A stretch of 64,000 bases of DNA. Origin: Oscillospiraceae bacterium (GTDB taxonomy: Bacteria; Bacillota; Clostridia; Oscillospirales; Acutalibacteraceae). The notes below the pieces were generated by a model. The model saw nothing but the letters and a program-made list of their open reading frames with translations. It did no database searches and was not told the DNA's origin. The stretch's first letter is position 1. Every line of letters begins with the position of its first letter. Shown here in pieces: positions 53,467-64,000 of the stretch. The stretch is from assembly GCA_015066325.1 (NCBI GenBank), contig SVOP01000001.1, positions 1,668 to 65,667 of the forward strand, in the 5' to 3' direction. Both the position numbers and the translations under genes were made by a program.

Positions 53467-55266
53467 TTATTGTTCCATTTTGCCTTCTTGCTGTGAAATA
53501 TATACTTCTTTATATATTTCATTTCGTGAAAGCAATTCTTCGTGTGAACCAATATCGTTAATCTGACCGTCATCAATAACAATGATTCTGTCAGCGTGTT
53601 GAACAGAGTTGATTCTCTGAGCGATTATAATCTTTGTTGTATCGGGTAAAAGGTTTTTCATACCCTCACGGATTTTTCCGTCCGTTGCTGTATCAACTGC
53701 GCTCGTTGAGTCATCAAGAATAAGTATTTTAGGATTCTTGAGAATAGCACGGGCTATGCAAAGTCTTTGCTTCTGACCGCCGGAAACATTGACGCCGCCC
53801 TGACCTAAATCCGTCTGATAACCGTCGGGAAAGCTCATAACAAAATCATCTGCCTGAGCGATTTTTGCAGCGGCTCGGATTTCTTCAAAGCTTGCATTTT
53901 CATTACCCCAACGCAAGTTTTCTTCGATAGTGCCGGAGAATAGGATGTTGGTCTGAAGCACCATTGAAACATTGTCGCGGAGATTGTGGAGTTTGTAATC
54001 CTTAACATTTCTTCCGCCAACAAGAACTTCGCCTTCAGTTGTATCATAAAGTCTCGGAATAAGCTGAACGAGAGAGGATTTTGCACTACCTGTTGAGCCG
54101 ATGATACCTATTGTTTCACCTGATTTGATTGCAAGATTTATATCTTTTAAAACTTCTCTTTTAGCATTTTTGCCGTATTTGAAGGAGACATTTTTAAACT
54201 CAATGCTTCCGTTCGCTACAAGAAGATTTTCATCTGCATCGTCATCATTAATATGGGGTTTCTCTGTAAGGACTTCATAAACACGGTCCATAGATGCTTT
54301 TGACATAACGGACATAACAAAAATCATTGAAATGAATGAAAGAGATATAAATATTTGCTGAATGTATGTTATGAAGCTCATAAGGTCGCCTAACTGCATA
54401 TTTCCGCCTAAAATAAGCTTTGAACCTATCCAAAGAATGAGGATTATGCAAGTGTAAACAGAAACGGACATTATCGGACCATTTAAAATTATGAGCTTTT
54501 CTGCAAAGATTGAAGCATCCTTCAACTCATCGTTGGAGATTTTGAATTTATCTTTTTCGTGCCTTGCACGGACAAAGGCTTTAACAACTCTTGCGGCAAT
54601 AAGATTTTCCTGAATGAATGTATTGAATTTATCATATTTTTTAAACATTCTCTTGAATCGCTTATGGGCTTTAACACCGATAAGAAGAATGAGGAAAAGC
54701 ATAACGGGCGCCACACACATAAAAACAAGCGAAAGCTTTTTGTTTATGCTGAAAGCCATAACAATTGCCATTGAGAACATAAGAGGGGAGCGCACAAACA
54801 TGCGAACTGCCATCATAAATGTGTTCTGAATCATTGTTATATCGGTTGTCATTCTTGTGATAAGTGAACCTGTTGAAAATTTATCAACATTGGAGAAAGA
54901 AAATTCCTGGATTTTTTGAAATATCCCGAAGCGCAACTCTGCACCAAAACCCATACCTGCTTTTGCAGCAAAAAATGCCGCCGCCGCACCGCAAACAAGA
55001 GAGATACAAGCCATACCAATCATAAGAGCGCCAAGTGAAATGATAAGGTCTGTGCCTGCTTTGTTACCGAAGCCCATTGAAATGAGAATTTCTGCTATAA
55101 AGCTATCCTTGCTTTCAAGAGGCTGACCGCTTATTCCGCAGTCGATAATTACGGACATAAGAAGAGGTATTATAACTTCAATAAGAACCTCCAGAACAAT
55201 TGAAACAGGGGAGAGTATAGCGTAAATTTTATATTTGCCTACATAGCTCATAAGTTTTTTAATCAT
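53467..55266 (-). CDS. ABC exporter, fused permease/ATPase (heterodimer partner 1)
   Basis: Walker A GSTGSAKSS, signature VSGGQKQR, Walker B LILDDSTS. Confidence 0.9.
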   Translation of the reverse strand: MIKKLMSYVGKYKIYAILSPVSIVLEVLIEVIIPLLMSVIIDCGISGQPLESKDSFIAEILISMGFGNKAGTDLIISLGALMIGMACISLVCGAAAAFFAAKAGMGFGAELRFGIFQKIQEFSFSNVDKFSTGSLITRMTTDITMIQNTFMMAVRMFVRSPLMFSMAIVMAFSINKKLSLVFMCVAPVMLFLILLIGVKAHKRFKRMFKKYDKFNTFIQENLIAARVVKAFVRARHEKDKFKISNDELKDASIFAEKLIILNGPIMSVSVYTCIILILWIGSKLILGGNMQLGDLMSFITYIQQIFISLSFISMIFVMSVMSKASMDRVYEVLTEKPHINDDDADENLLVANGSIEFKNVSFKYGKNAKREVLKDINLAIKSGETIGIIGSTGSAKSSLVQLIPRLYDTTEGEVLVGGRNVKDYKLHNLRDNVSMVLQTNILFSGTIEENLRWGNENASFEEIRAAAKIAQADDFVMSFPDGYQTDLGQGGVNVSGGQKQRLCIARAILKNPKILILDDSTSAVDTATDGKIREGMKNLLPDTTKIIIAQRINSVQHADRIIVIDDGQINDIGSHEELLSRNEIYKEVYISQQEGKMEQ

Positions 55267-55756
55267 TTTTATCTTCCTCCTTTACTTTATTCTCGTTTTT
55301 CTGTATTTCTGCTTTCATCTGACAATTTGTGAGATTTTCCGTATGAAGATTGTTGTATAATCGCTGGAGATAATTGCACAACAGTTCGCATTCCTCTTCG
55401 GAAAAGCCTTTGAACATTTCTTCATCGGTTTCATCGCAGATGCTTCGGAATTCCATTAAAATATTCAAGCCTTCTTTAGTTAAAGAAAGACGGTTTTTCC
55501 TTACATCGTCTTTATCTGTTGTGCGCTTTACAAAGCCGCTTTTTTCCAGCCTTTTTATTGATGTTGCAACACTTGCAGGGGAAATATGCAAGCTGTCTGC
55601 AAGTGCCTTTTGTGTGCAAAGGTTATGTTCTTTTATATATTCCAATATCATCGGCTGGCCATAATATAATCCGACCTTTTGGGCAGCTTTTGTTATATGG
55701 TAGCGATGAATCAGAGATGTAGAAATGAGCTTGTGTACCATTTCTCTGTAATTCAT
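55259..55756 (-). CDS. MarR-family transcriptional regulator
   Basis: Winged-helix segment TQKALADSLHISPASVATSIKRLEKSGFVKRTTDKDDVRKNRLSLT. It overlaps the start of the ABC gene by 8 nt. Confidence 0.85.
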   Translation of the reverse strand: MNYREMVHKLISTSLIHRYHITKAAQKVGLYYGQPMILEYIKEHNLCTQKALADSLHISPASVATSIKRLEKSGFVKRTTDKDDVRKNRLSLTKEGLNILMEFRSICDETDEEMFKGFSEEECELLCNYLQRLYNNLHTENLTNCQMKAEIQKNENKVKEEDKND

Positions 55757-56076
55757 TTATTTCTGACCTCCAAAATAGTTAAACGTTTAAGTATACAGTT
55801 GAATATAATACCATTTTTTATGTTTTTATTTTTCTGAAAAAGAAAAATAACGAAATAATTTATTCTTTTACAAATGGTTAATATTTACTTTTTTAAAGAA
55901 TAAACAATAACCATTGCTTTTTTGATGACGATTTTCACAAAAACATTGTGCAAAACAGACAAAAAGAAATGGTAAAATTTAACTTTACTTTAACAAAATA
56001 TATCAAAATTCCCTTGAAAAGAGGTTGGGAATTTGATATTATTACATTGATATAATGTAAGTTTGTGTTGTGAGGT

Positions 56077-58029
56077 GTGGAAGTGAAAAAAGAGAAAATT
56101 AATGATTACAATGATTTTCCTCTATATGTGTTCCATCAGGGGAAAAACTTTAAAGCACAAGAATTTTTAGGTGCTCATAAGGTAGAAGACGGAAAGTACG
56201 TTTTCAGAGTCTGGGCACCCAATGCGGAAAGTGTTTTTGTAACGGGCACCTTCAATGGTTGGAGCGAAGATGCCTCACCGATGTATCGCCTCAATGACGG
56301 CGGTGTATGGGAAGCTTATATTGACGGCGTAAAAAACTTTGACGCTTATAAGTACATTATATATACCCAAACCGGTAGAAAGCTTTATAAGGCAGACCCT
56401 TATGCAATTCACGCTGAAACACGTCCGGGTACAGCCTCAAAAATTTTCGAGGGTAATTATCAATGGAATGACAGCGCTTGGCTCAAAAAGAGAAAATCAT
56501 CAAGTGTTTATTCCTCACCTGTGAATATATACGAGGTGCATTTAGGCTCTTGGAAGCGATATGATGACGGTAACACCTTAAGCTATCGTGATTTGGCAAA
56601 AGAGCTTGTGGAATATGTGAAGGATATGGGCTATACCCATATAGAGCTTCTTCCCGTAGCAGAATACCCATTTGACGGCTCCTGGGGTTATCAGGTAACA
56701 GGATATTTTGCGGTGACCTCCCGTTACGGTACACCCGATGATTTTAAATATTTTGTTGACCAATGTCATAAAGCAGGAATAGGCGTTATTGTGGATTGGG
56801 TTCCTGCCCATTTCCCTAAGGATGCCCACGGCCTTGCTGAGTTTGACGGAACTCCTTGCTACGAATACGCAGATATCCGAAAGGGTGAGCATCTCCAATG
56901 GGGAACAAAGGTTTTCGATTTTGGCAGGAACGAGGTTCAAAGCTTCCTTATTTCAAATGCTTGCTTCTGGTTTGATGAATACCATGTTGATGGTCTTCGT
57001 GTTGATGCGGTGGCATCTATGCTTTATCTTGATTATGGCAGAGATGACGGTCATTGGATTGCCAACGCCAACGGCGGAAATGAAAATTTAGAGGCAGTTG
57101 CTTTTCTTAAACAGCTTAACGAAACCGTTTTCACAGAGCACGGAGATGTTATGATGATGGCGGAGGAAAGCACCTCCTGGCCAATGGTTTCAAAGCCGGT
57201 TTATATGGGTGGACTTGGCTTCAACTTCAAGTGGAATATGGGATGGATGAATGATATTCTTCGCTATTTCTCCCTTGACGGTATATTCAGAAAGTTTAAC
57301 CACGATTTAATAACCTTCTCGTTTTTCTATGCTTTCAGTGAAAATTTTGTGCTGCCGATTTCACACGATGAGGTTGTTCACGGAAAATGCTCCCTTATCA
57401 ATAAAATGCCCGGTAACTATAACGAAAAATTTGCGGGGGTAAGAGCCTTCCTTGGTTATATGTATGCTCATCCCGGTAAAAAGCTTCTCTTTATGGGTAG
57501 CGAATTCGGTCAGTTTATTGAATGGGACTATAAAAAAGGTCTTGATTGGCTTCTTCTTGACTATGAAATGCACCGTTGGTTGCAGGACTATGCAAGAGAG
57601 CTTAACAAATTTTACAAAAAGAATTCTCCTCTTTGGGAAATTGATTACAGCTGGGAAGGCTTCAACTGGATTGTAAGCGATGATAATACGAACTCTGTTA
57701 TTGCATTTGTAAGAACGGATAAAGAGGACGAAAAGATAATTTCAGTATGTAACTTTACTCCTGTTTTGAGAAAAGATTATAAAATAGGTGTTCCTGAGGG
57801 AGAAAGCTACGAGCTTGTTTTCAATTCCGATTCCGAAAAATTTGGCGGTACGGGTGAAAAAATAAAGAAAACCTATAAAACAAAAGATGGTGAAATGCAC
57901 GGCTATAAGCAGTATATTGAACTGACTCTGCCACCTATGACAACCCTTTATTTCAAGCAGAAAAAAGTGAAAGCTTCTGAAGGAAAAAAGGTGGTCAAAA
58001 AACCATCAACTAAAAAAGCAAAAAAATAA
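56077..58029 (+). CDS. glgB: 1,4-alpha-glucan branching enzyme
   Basis: FRVWAPNA, YEVHLGSW, GIGVIVDWVPAHF, VDGLRVDAV and MMAEEST (GH13 regions I-IV). The likely start is GTG at 56083, 5 nt after GAGGTG. Confidence 0.95.
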   Translation: MEVKKEKINDYNDFPLYVFHQGKNFKAQEFLGAHKVEDGKYVFRVWAPNAESVFVTGTFNGWSEDASPMYRLNDGGVWEAYIDGVKNFDAYKYIIYTQTGRKLYKADPYAIHAETRPGTASKIFEGNYQWNDSAWLKKRKSSSVYSSPVNIYEVHLGSWKRYDDGNTLSYRDLAKELVEYVKDMGYTHIELLPVAEYPFDGSWGYQVTGYFAVTSRYGTPDDFKYFVDQCHKAGIGVIVDWVPAHFPKDAHGLAEFDGTPCYEYADIRKGEHLQWGTKVFDFGRNEVQSFLISNACFWFDEYHVDGLRVDAVASMLYLDYGRDDGHWIANANGGNENLEAVAFLKQLNETVFTEHGDVMMMAEESTSWPMVSKPVYMGGLGFNFKWNMGWMNDILRYFSLDGIFRKFNHDLITFSFFYAFSENFVLPISHDEVVHGKCSLINKMPGNYNEKFAGVRAFLGYMYAHPGKKLLFMGSEFGQFIEWDYKKGLDWLLLDYEMHRWLQDYARELNKFYKKNSPLWEIDYSWEGFNWIVSDDNTNSVIAFVRTDKEDEKIISVCNFTPVLRKDYKIGVPEGESYELVFNSDSEKFGGTGEKIKKTYKTKDGEMHGYKQYIELTLPPMTTLYFKQKKVKASEGKKVVKKPSTKKAKK

Positions 58030-58059
58030 AACTGTATATAGGAAAGGAATGTAACGACA

Positions 58060-59280
58060 ATGGCAAAAAAGAATGAGTGTATTGCAATGCTTCTTGCAGG
58101 CGGTCAGGGCTCCCGTCTTGGCGTTCTTACAAAAAACATTGCGAAACCTGCCGTTCCCTACGGCGGAAAGTACAGAATTATTGATTTCCCTCTTTCAAAC
58201 TGTGTGAACTCAGGTATTTATACCGTTGGTGTTCTTACACAGTATCAGCCCCTTGAGCTTAATGATTATATCGGTAACGGCGGTCCTTGGGACCTTGACC
58301 GTGCAAACGGCGGTGTTCATATTCTTTCACCCTATCAGCAGATTGAGGGAACAGAGTGGTATAAAGGTACTGCTAATGCGATTTACCAGAATATTCAGTT
58401 TATTGACAGATATGACCCTGAATATGTAGCAATTCTCTCAGGTGACCACATCTATAAAATGGACTATGCAAAAATGCTTCAATACCACAAAGAAAAGGAT
58501 GCAGCTTGTACAATCGCTATGCTTGAGGTTCCGTGGGAAGAGGCTTCCCGCTTCGGTCTTATGTTTGTTGATGATGACGGAAGAATTACAGCATTTGAAG
58601 AAAAGCCAAAGAATCCCAAAAGCAACAAGGCTTCAATGGGTGTTTATATGTTTACTTGGGAAAAGCTTCGTAAATATCTTATTGATGATGAAGCTGATCC
58701 GGATTCATCAAATGACTTTGGTAAAAATGTTATTCCGGCAATGCACGAAGCAGGTGAACGACTTTTCGCTTACGGCTTTGACGGTTATTGGAAGGATGTT
58801 GGAACAATAGATTCTCTCTGGGAAGCAAACCTTGATTTGCTCAATCCCAAAGCAAACATCGATTTATCCGATAACAGCTGGAAAATTTACGGCAGAGGTG
58901 CTGTTACTGCTCCTCAGTATGTTTCCGATAAAGCTATAATTGAAAATTCGCTGGCTGCAGAGGGCTGTGAAATTGAAGGCAAGGTCGATTATTCGGTTCT
59001 CTTCTCCAATGTTACTGTTGAAGAAGGTGCATTTGTTGATTATTCAATTGTCATGCCCGGCGCAGTTATTAAAAAGGGCGCAGTAGTTCAGTATGCAATG
59101 GTTGCAGAAAATGCAGTTATTGAAGAAGGCGCAGTTGTAGGCGAAAACCCCGAGAAATGCGAAAACCTTGAAAATTGGGGTGTAAGCGTTGTTGGTGCAG
59201 GTGTAACAGTTGGTAAAAATGCGACTGTAAAAGCACAGTCAATGATTTCAGAAGATGTTAAGGAGGGCGAAACAGTATGA
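58060..59280 (+). CDS. glgC: Glucose-1-phosphate adenylyltransferase, catalytic subunit
   Basis: [35 protein letters not shown] and [12 protein letters not shown]. Confidence 0.95.
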   Translation: MAKKNECIAMLLAGGQGSRLGVLTKNIAKPAVPYGGKYRIIDFPLSNCVNSGIYTVGVLTQYQPLELNDYIGNGGPWDLDRANGGVHILSPYQQIEGTEWYKGTANAIYQNIQFIDRYDPEYVAILSGDHIYKMDYAKMLQYHKEKDAACTIAMLEVPWEEASRFGLMFVDDDGRITAFEEKPKNPKSNKASMGVYMFTWEKLRKYLIDDEADPDSSNDFGKNVIPAMHEAGERLFAYGFDGYWKDVGTIDSLWEANLDLLNPKANIDLSDNSWKIYGRGAVTAPQYVSDKAIIENSLAAEGCEIEGKVDYSVLFSNVTVEEGAFVDYSIVMPGAVIKKGAVVQYAMVAENAVIEEGAVVGENPEKCENLENWGVSVVGAGVTVGKNATVKAQSMISEDVKEGETV

Positions 59281-60389
59281 TGCCGAAAAATGTTCTCGGA
59301 ATTATTTATTCCAATTCTTACGATTCCTCTTTAGGTGCGCTCACAGCAAGGCGCACTATGGGTTCAGTGCCCTTCGGAGGCAGATACCGCCTTATAGATT
59401 TTGCTCTTTCTAACCTTGTTAACTGCGGTGTTACAAAGGTTGGCGTTATAGCAAACAGCAATTTCCATTCTCTTATGGACCACGTTGGAAGTGGCAGACC
59501 CTGGGACCTTTCAAGAAAGGTTGATGGTCTTTATATGCTCCCACCATTTACTCCCGGTGCTAAAGAGAGCGCAGACAGAATTGACACTCTTAACAGAATA
59601 ATGGAGTTTATTGCAAACTCAAAGCAGGAATATGTTCTTCTTATGGATACAAATGTTGTTTGCAATATAGATTTATCAAGACTTTTCAGCTTCCATGCAG
59701 GAAAAAATGCAGACATTACCATTGCTTATGCAAACGGCAAAGCTCCTAAGCTTGAAAAAACAATGGCACTTACTCTCAATGAAGAGGGTAAGGTAACAAA
59801 TGTTGGTATAGACGTTAAAACAGAAAGTGATATTAACTATTCCACCAACATTATTCTTATAAGAAAAGCGCTTCTCGAAAGACTTATCGGCGATGCGGAA
59901 AGCTATGCCTATACAAGCTTTGAAAAGGACCTTATTCAGAAAAATGTTTCTCACCTTAATATCTATGGCTATAAGGTTGATGAGTGGACTCGCACAATTG
60001 ACAGTATGGAAAGCTATTTTGATGCAAATATGGCTCTTCTTGAAAAAAATTGCAGAAAAAATCTTTTCCGTGCAGATGCACCTGTTTATACAAAGGTTCG
60101 TAATGATATGCCCGTAATTTACGGTATTACTTCAAAATGCGAAAACTCTCTTATTGCTGATGGTTGCCAGATTGAAGGTACAGTTAAAAACAGTATCATT
60201 TTCCGTGGTGTAAGAGTTGCAAAGGGTGCAGTTGTTGAGAATTCAATTCTTATGCAGGATGCTTTTGTTGGCGAGGATGCAAAGCTTAATTGTGTGATTA
60301 TGGATAAAAATACAGTTATCACTCCTAAGAAAACTCTTAGCGGTGATAAGAGCTATCCCTTATTTGTGGGCAAGGAAATTGTTATCTGA
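59277..60389 (+). CDS. glgD: Glucose-1-phosphate adenylyltransferase, GlgD regulatory subunit
   Basis: A GlgC paralogue that lacks the GGxGxRL loop ([16 protein letters not shown]). Also [16 protein letters not shown]. It has a 4-nt overlap with glgC. Confidence 0.85.
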   Translation: MMPKNVLGIIYSNSYDSSLGALTARRTMGSVPFGGRYRLIDFALSNLVNCGVTKVGVIANSNFHSLMDHVGSGRPWDLSRKVDGLYMLPPFTPGAKESADRIDTLNRIMEFIANSKQEYVLLMDTNVVCNIDLSRLFSFHAGKNADITIAYANGKAPKLEKTMALTLNEEGKVTNVGIDVKTESDINYSTNIILIRKALLERLIGDAESYAYTSFEKDLIQKNVSHLNIYGYKVDEWTRTIDSMESYFDANMALLEKNCRKNLFRADAPVYTKVRNDMPVIYGITSKCENSLIADGCQIEGTVKNSIIFRGVRVAKGAVVENSILMQDAFVGEDAKLNCVIMDKNTVITPKKTLSGDKSYPLFVGKEIVI

Positions 60390-60421
60390 TAAAAATTTGT
60401 TTTGATTGTGAGGTGTTGGTA

Positions 60422-60964
60422 ATGGCAGTTTGTCCTATTTGCGGTTGCAAAACCGATGAGCTTGATTTTGTTGAAAGAAAGATAAGTGATGCGGATTGCA
60501 AGGTTTGTTCTTTTTGCAGTCGTCAGTTGAATGTTTTTGATACAACAGAAGAGCCTACTGAGGCACAGTTAAGGTGGCTGATTGCAGTAATTGGAAAAGA
60601 TGTTCCTGAAAGGGCAGATAATATTTCAAGTGCATTGAAGGATATTCGTTCCCGTTATGCAGCAACGGAAATACCACAATCTGCTACACCTGTGCAACAA
60701 AATGTAAAAATTGTTCAGCAGAGCGGTTCAAATAAAAGCTCAAAACTCGATTACGAAACTGATGATGTTATCAATGAATTAAAAAATCGAGTGGTTGCCC
60801 TTGAAAATGAAATTCGAACAATGAAGAGAAAACAAATGATAAAAACAATAGTTGAGTTGGGTGCACCCGTGGTACTCCTTATACTGCTTATTATCATTGT
60901 TTTGTCTTCAGGTCTGATTGATAATATTAAAGCTATTTTTGATATGGCAGGGATAGTTATTTAA
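60422..60964 (+). CDS. Hypothetical zinc-ribbon / coiled-coil / C-terminal TM protein inside the glg operon
   Basis: MAVCPICGC...CKVCSFC forms two CxxC pairs. Also a coiled coil (VINELKNRVVALENEIRTMKRKQ) and a TM helix (VELGAPVVLLILLIIIVLSSGL). The ATG at 60422 follows GAGGTG. Confidence 0.5.
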   Translation: MAVCPICGCKTDELDFVERKISDADCKVCSFCSRQLNVFDTTEEPTEAQLRWLIAVIGKDVPERADNISSALKDIRSRYAATEIPQSATPVQQNVKIVQQSGSNKSSKLDYETDDVINELKNRVVALENEIRTMKRKQMIKTIVELGAPVVLLILLIIIVLSSGLIDNIKAIFDMAGIVI

Positions 60965-60986
60965 AATTAATACGGAGGTTTAATAT

Positions 60987-62411
60987 ATGAAGGTTTTATA
61001 TGCTGCAAGTGAAGCCCTTCCCTTTATAGCAAGTGGCGGCTTGGCTGATGTTGCAGGTTCTCTTCCTCAGGCTTTAAGAAAAAGGCTTGTAGGCTGCAGA
61101 GTTGTTATGCCTCTTTATGATGGCATAAAGCAAGAGCTTAAGGATTCAATGAAATTTATAACAAGTATTTCCGTTCCTGTTGCATGGCGTAGGCAGTATT
61201 GCGGAATATTTGAAGCAAAAGCAGGGGGAGTAATTTACTATCTCCTTGATAATCAGTATTATTTCAAGAGAGATTCTCTTTATGGCTTCTATGATGATGC
61301 AGAAAGATTTGCATTTTTTGCAAGAGCAATTCTTGAAATAATTCCGCATATTGATTTCAAGCCCGATATTATTCATTGTAATGACTGGCAAACTGCCCTC
61401 ACGCCTCTTTATTACAGCACAATGTATGCAAATCAGCCGGGCTATGAAAATATCAAAACAGTTCTCACAATCCACAACATTCAGTATCAGGGCGTTTACG
61501 GTGAAGAGCTTATTGATAATGTTGTTGGTATAGACCACGCCCATAAAAACCTTATTGAGTATGATGGCGCGGTAAACCTTATGAAAGCGGGTATTGAGTG
61601 TGCTAATGCGGTTACAACCGTTAGCCCCTCTTATGCTAAAGAAATTCTTGATCCATGGTATTCTCACGGTCTTGATATAATACTTCGTGAAAGAAGCTAT
61701 AAATTGCGCGGTATTCTCAACGGTATTGATGTTGAAAACTATAATCCCGAAACAGATAAGGATGTTTTCAAAAATTATTCTGTTGAAAATATGCGCGGCA
61801 AAGCAGTAAATAAAAGAGAACTCCAGAAGCTTTTAGGGCTTCCGGAGAAGAAAGATACTCCCGTTATGGGTATGGTAACAAGGCTTGTTTCTCACAAGGG
61901 TCTTGACCTTTGCAAAGCAGTTCTTGATGAATTACTTGCCACAACAGATATTCAGTTGGTCGTTCTCGGTTCGGGAGATTACCAGTATGAAGAATTTTTC
62001 AGAGGTCTTGCACAGCGTTATCCCGATAAGGTAGGTCTGTGCCTTGGCTTTATTCCTGATTTGGCAAGAAAGATTTACGCAGGTAGCGATATGTTCCTTA
62101 TGCCCTCGAAGAGTGAGCCTTGCGGACTTTCACAGATGGTTGCTCTTCGCTATGGTTCAATTCCGATTGTCCGTGAAACAGGCGGTCTTCGTGACTCTGT
62201 TACAGACAGTGGCGATAATATGGGGAATGGTTTCGTATTCTCATCATATAATGCTCACGATATGCTTCACGCTATCAAACGCGCTGTTGAAGGTTATCAG
62301 GATCAGAAGGGTTGGGCAATCCTTGTTAAACGCGCAATGGAAAGCGATAACTCTTGGGGTAAATCCGCAAATGAATACATTAAAATGTATAAAGAAGTTT
62401 TAAAGGGTTAA
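60987..62411 (+). CDS. glgA: Glycogen synthase (ADP-glucose type, GT5)
   Basis: MKVLYAASEALPFIASGGLADVAGSLP (KxGGL-type motif). Also IHCNDWQTAL and PSKSEPCGLSQM. Confidence 0.95.
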   Translation: MKVLYAASEALPFIASGGLADVAGSLPQALRKRLVGCRVVMPLYDGIKQELKDSMKFITSISVPVAWRRQYCGIFEAKAGGVIYYLLDNQYYFKRDSLYGFYDDAERFAFFARAILEIIPHIDFKPDIIHCNDWQTALTPLYYSTMYANQPGYENIKTVLTIHNIQYQGVYGEELIDNVVGIDHAHKNLIEYDGAVNLMKAGIECANAVTTVSPSYAKEILDPWYSHGLDIILRERSYKLRGILNGIDVENYNPETDKDVFKNYSVENMRGKAVNKRELQKLLGLPEKKDTPVMGMVTRLVSHKGLDLCKAVLDELLATTDIQLVVLGSGDYQYEEFFRGLAQRYPDKVGLCLGFIPDLARKIYAGSDMFLMPSKSEPCGLSQMVALRYGSIPIVRETGGLRDSVTDSGDNMGNGFVFSSYNAHDMLHAIKRAVEGYQDQKGWAILVKRAMESDNSWGKSANEYIKMYKEVLKG

Positions 62412-62412
62412 T

Positions 62413-63018
62413 TTAATTTTCTTTTATAGAGCTTGCCATTTTACTTAACAGACTTTCAACTCCTTTTATGACGGCCTCGATACTCTTGGGTTCGGGGCCG
62501 CCGTAGCGTCTTGCATTTACGGTTTTTTCAGGAAAATCGTCAAGATACGCTTCTACTAATGAAAGGCAGGCTGCCTGGGCATATTTTGGTGGAAGAGAGA
62601 ACCACCTTTTAGGAATGTATCCTTTTTGAGCAGCGGCAAAAAGGGTTCTGTAAATTGTTGCAGCATAGATAATATCAGCATATTCTCCGGCTTGAAATGA
62701 ACCTGCGTTCATTCTTTCGTGAGTCATAATTGCTGCACGGTATATGGAATTTGTATTAAAAACCGAGTCTTCTTCTCTGTCTTCGAGAGCAGTTGAGTTA
62801 AGACCTGAGCGGCTGTCTGTAATACCTAAAATATAGTCAGTTGTAACGTTATAATATTCTGCTGCTTTACATAAAAAGGCGAGGCTGTATTCACGGATAC
62901 CTTTCTCGTAGTGAGATAAAAGTGCTTGTGATACGCCTAAATCTGCAGCGGCATCTTTCTGGCTCAAGCCTTTTTCTGTTCGAAGTTCTACTAATCTTTT
63001 ATTAAAATTTGTGTTCAT
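62413..63018 (-). CDS. XRE-family HTH protein with a C-terminal helical domain
   Basis: LVELRTEKGLSQKDAAADLGVSQALLSHYEKGIRE. Confidence 0.7.
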   Translation of the reverse strand: MNTNFNKRLVELRTEKGLSQKDAAADLGVSQALLSHYEKGIREYSLAFLCKAAEYYNVTTDYILGITDSRSGLNSTALEDREEDSVFNTNSIYRAAIMTHERMNAGSFQAGEYADIIYAATIYRTLFAAAQKGYIPKRWFSLPPKYAQAACLSLVEAYLDDFPEKTVNARRYGGPEPKSIEAVIKGVESLLSKMASSIKEN

Positions 63019-63079
63019 ATAACCACTTCCAAATTATACTATTTGTATAATACTATACACTATCTTATAGGAGAAATCA

Positions 63080-63802
63080 ATGAAAACTTATACAATACAT
63101 TTAATTCGCCATGCTCTAACACAAGGAAATATTGCAGGCAGATACATTGGTCAGACTGACGAGGAGCTTTGTCAGGAGGGTCTTCAACAGCTTGAAGTGA
63201 TGAAAAGGGATTATAATTATCCTATAACTGATGTTGTATTTTCAAGCGGTTTAAAGCGTTGTGTTCAGACAGCAAAAATTCTTTATCCCGATAAAACCCC
63301 TATTGAAATGAGAGGCTTTGAAGAATGCGATTTCGGCGAGTTTGAGGGTCATACTGCTGATGAATTAGAGCGTTATGAGGAGTTTTCACAATGGCTTTCG
63401 GGCGGTGAAGATGCTCGCCCTCTTAATGGAGAGAGTAACTCTGAATTTGCAACAAGAGTTTGTGATTGCTTTGCAAAGACTGTTGACGGTATGATTAAAA
63501 CCGGAACAAGAACCGCGGCAATTATTACTCATGGTGGTGTTATGATGAGTATCCTTGCGGCATTTGGTGTGCCTGAGCTTCCTATGACGGAATGGCTTTG
63601 CCCTTCTTGTTGTGGTTATACAATTCGTATAACTCCGTCTCTCTGGAGCGCAACAAAAAAGTTTGAAGTTATAAGCGAAATTCCTGCAGAACCCTTAACA
63701 GCAGAGCAGGAAGAACGTTTGTGGGATTATTATGCGGATATTCCCGAGGATGAAAATATCGATTGGGACAGTATGTCCGATGATGATTTTAAACTTGTGT
63801 AA
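63080..63802 (+). CDS. Histidine phosphatase family protein (phosphoglycerate-mutase-like)
   Basis: IHLIRHALTQGN is the RHG-type catalytic motif. There is a later ITHGGV histidine. Confidence 0.85.
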   Translation: MKTYTIHLIRHALTQGNIAGRYIGQTDEELCQEGLQQLEVMKRDYNYPITDVVFSSGLKRCVQTAKILYPDKTPIEMRGFEECDFGEFEGHTADELERYEEFSQWLSGGEDARPLNGESNSEFATRVCDCFAKTVDGMIKTGTRTAAIITHGGVMMSILAAFGVPELPMTEWLCPSCCGYTIRITPSLWSATKKFEVISEIPAEPLTAEQEERLWDYYADIPEDENIDWDSMSDDDFKLV

Positions 63803-63816
63803 ATTGGGTGATTAAA

Positions 63817-64000
63817 ATGTCTGAGTATAAAATTTTTGCTAACCACGCTCACCTTTTTCCGAAAAATACAAAGCCAAACGGCGATATTGACACATTAAAG
63901 TCCATTATGGATGAATGTGAAATCGAAGGTGCGGTTTGCTTTTCTCCTTTCTGGCATCAAATGGATATGTATGCTCACACAACAGGGCAGAACCCTTGTG
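63817..64000 (+). CDS. Amidohydrolase-like (metal-dependent TIM-barrel hydrolase), N-terminal fragment; runs off the right edge
   Basis: Hand translation gives MSEYKIFANHAHLFPKNTKPNGDIDTLKSIMDECEIEGAVCFSPFW. The N-terminal HxH (NHAH) is typical of amidohydrolase_2. Confidence 0.35.
   Translation, partial: MSEYKIFANHAHLFPKNTKPNGDIDTLKSIMDECEIEGAVCFSPFWHQMDMYAHTTGQNPC

Noticed and set aside
53451-53582. The 44-codon N-terminal extension of the second ABC gene in the ORF track
   Set aside because: The extension overlaps the 3' end of the upstream ABC gene. A strong SD (GGAAGGAGGAAG) precedes the internal ATG at 53450, and the product then begins like typical ABC exporters.

Overview
This is a 64-kb chromosomal window from a low-GC Firmicute. 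It is probably a Clostridia/Oscillospiraceae (Ruminococcus-like) organism, because tandem dockerin modules, a glgB-glgC-glgD-glgA operon and many glycoside-hydrolase or surface proteins are present. All calls rest on motif recognition in the supplied translations and on reading the DNA; no searches were run.

Layout:
(1) 1-11.0 kb: a tightly packed run of 14 minus-strand genes for small-molecule-modifying enzymes. It holds 5 GNATs (one TAG-interrupted), 2 SAM methyltransferases, 2 P-loop kinases, 2 APH-type kinases (one a tandem fusion), a HAD phosphatase, an MccF-like LD-carboxypeptidase, a rhomboid and a sugar-phosphate isomerase. A promoter, an 18-codon leader ORF and a terminator/antiterminator leader precede it.
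(2) 11.1-20.5 kb: a visibly AT-rich accessory or mobile island. It carries an XRE-controlled operon (ASCH-PIN-GNAT-like 620-aa protein, stand-alone ASCH protein, HNH protein), which I flag as the best candidate for an undescribed defence or toxin system. It also carries an orphan 2-TM protein, a large serine recombinase, a mirrored array of mini-hairpins, a four-helix-bundle protein, and about 100-bp direct repeats flanking an XRE cassette.
(3) 20.5-23.0 kb: a radical SAM/SPASM enzyme translationally coupled to a DUF2207-like membrane protein that ends in a (Cys-Ala)5 tail.
(4) 23-43 kb: secreted or surface proteins (GLUG / Listeria-Bacteroides repeat / Big_3, dockerin-esterase, FN3 repeats), a DUF4091 protein, a second radical SAM protein, a Nudix hydrolase, tRNA-Leu(CAG), an M48 peptidase and an acyl-CoA synthetase.
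(5) 43-64 kb: housekeeping genes, namely glyA, nadABC, a GH3 enzyme, a Wzy/O-antigen-ligase-like protein, MarR plus a heterodimeric ABC exporter, and the glycogen operon with an extra small gene.
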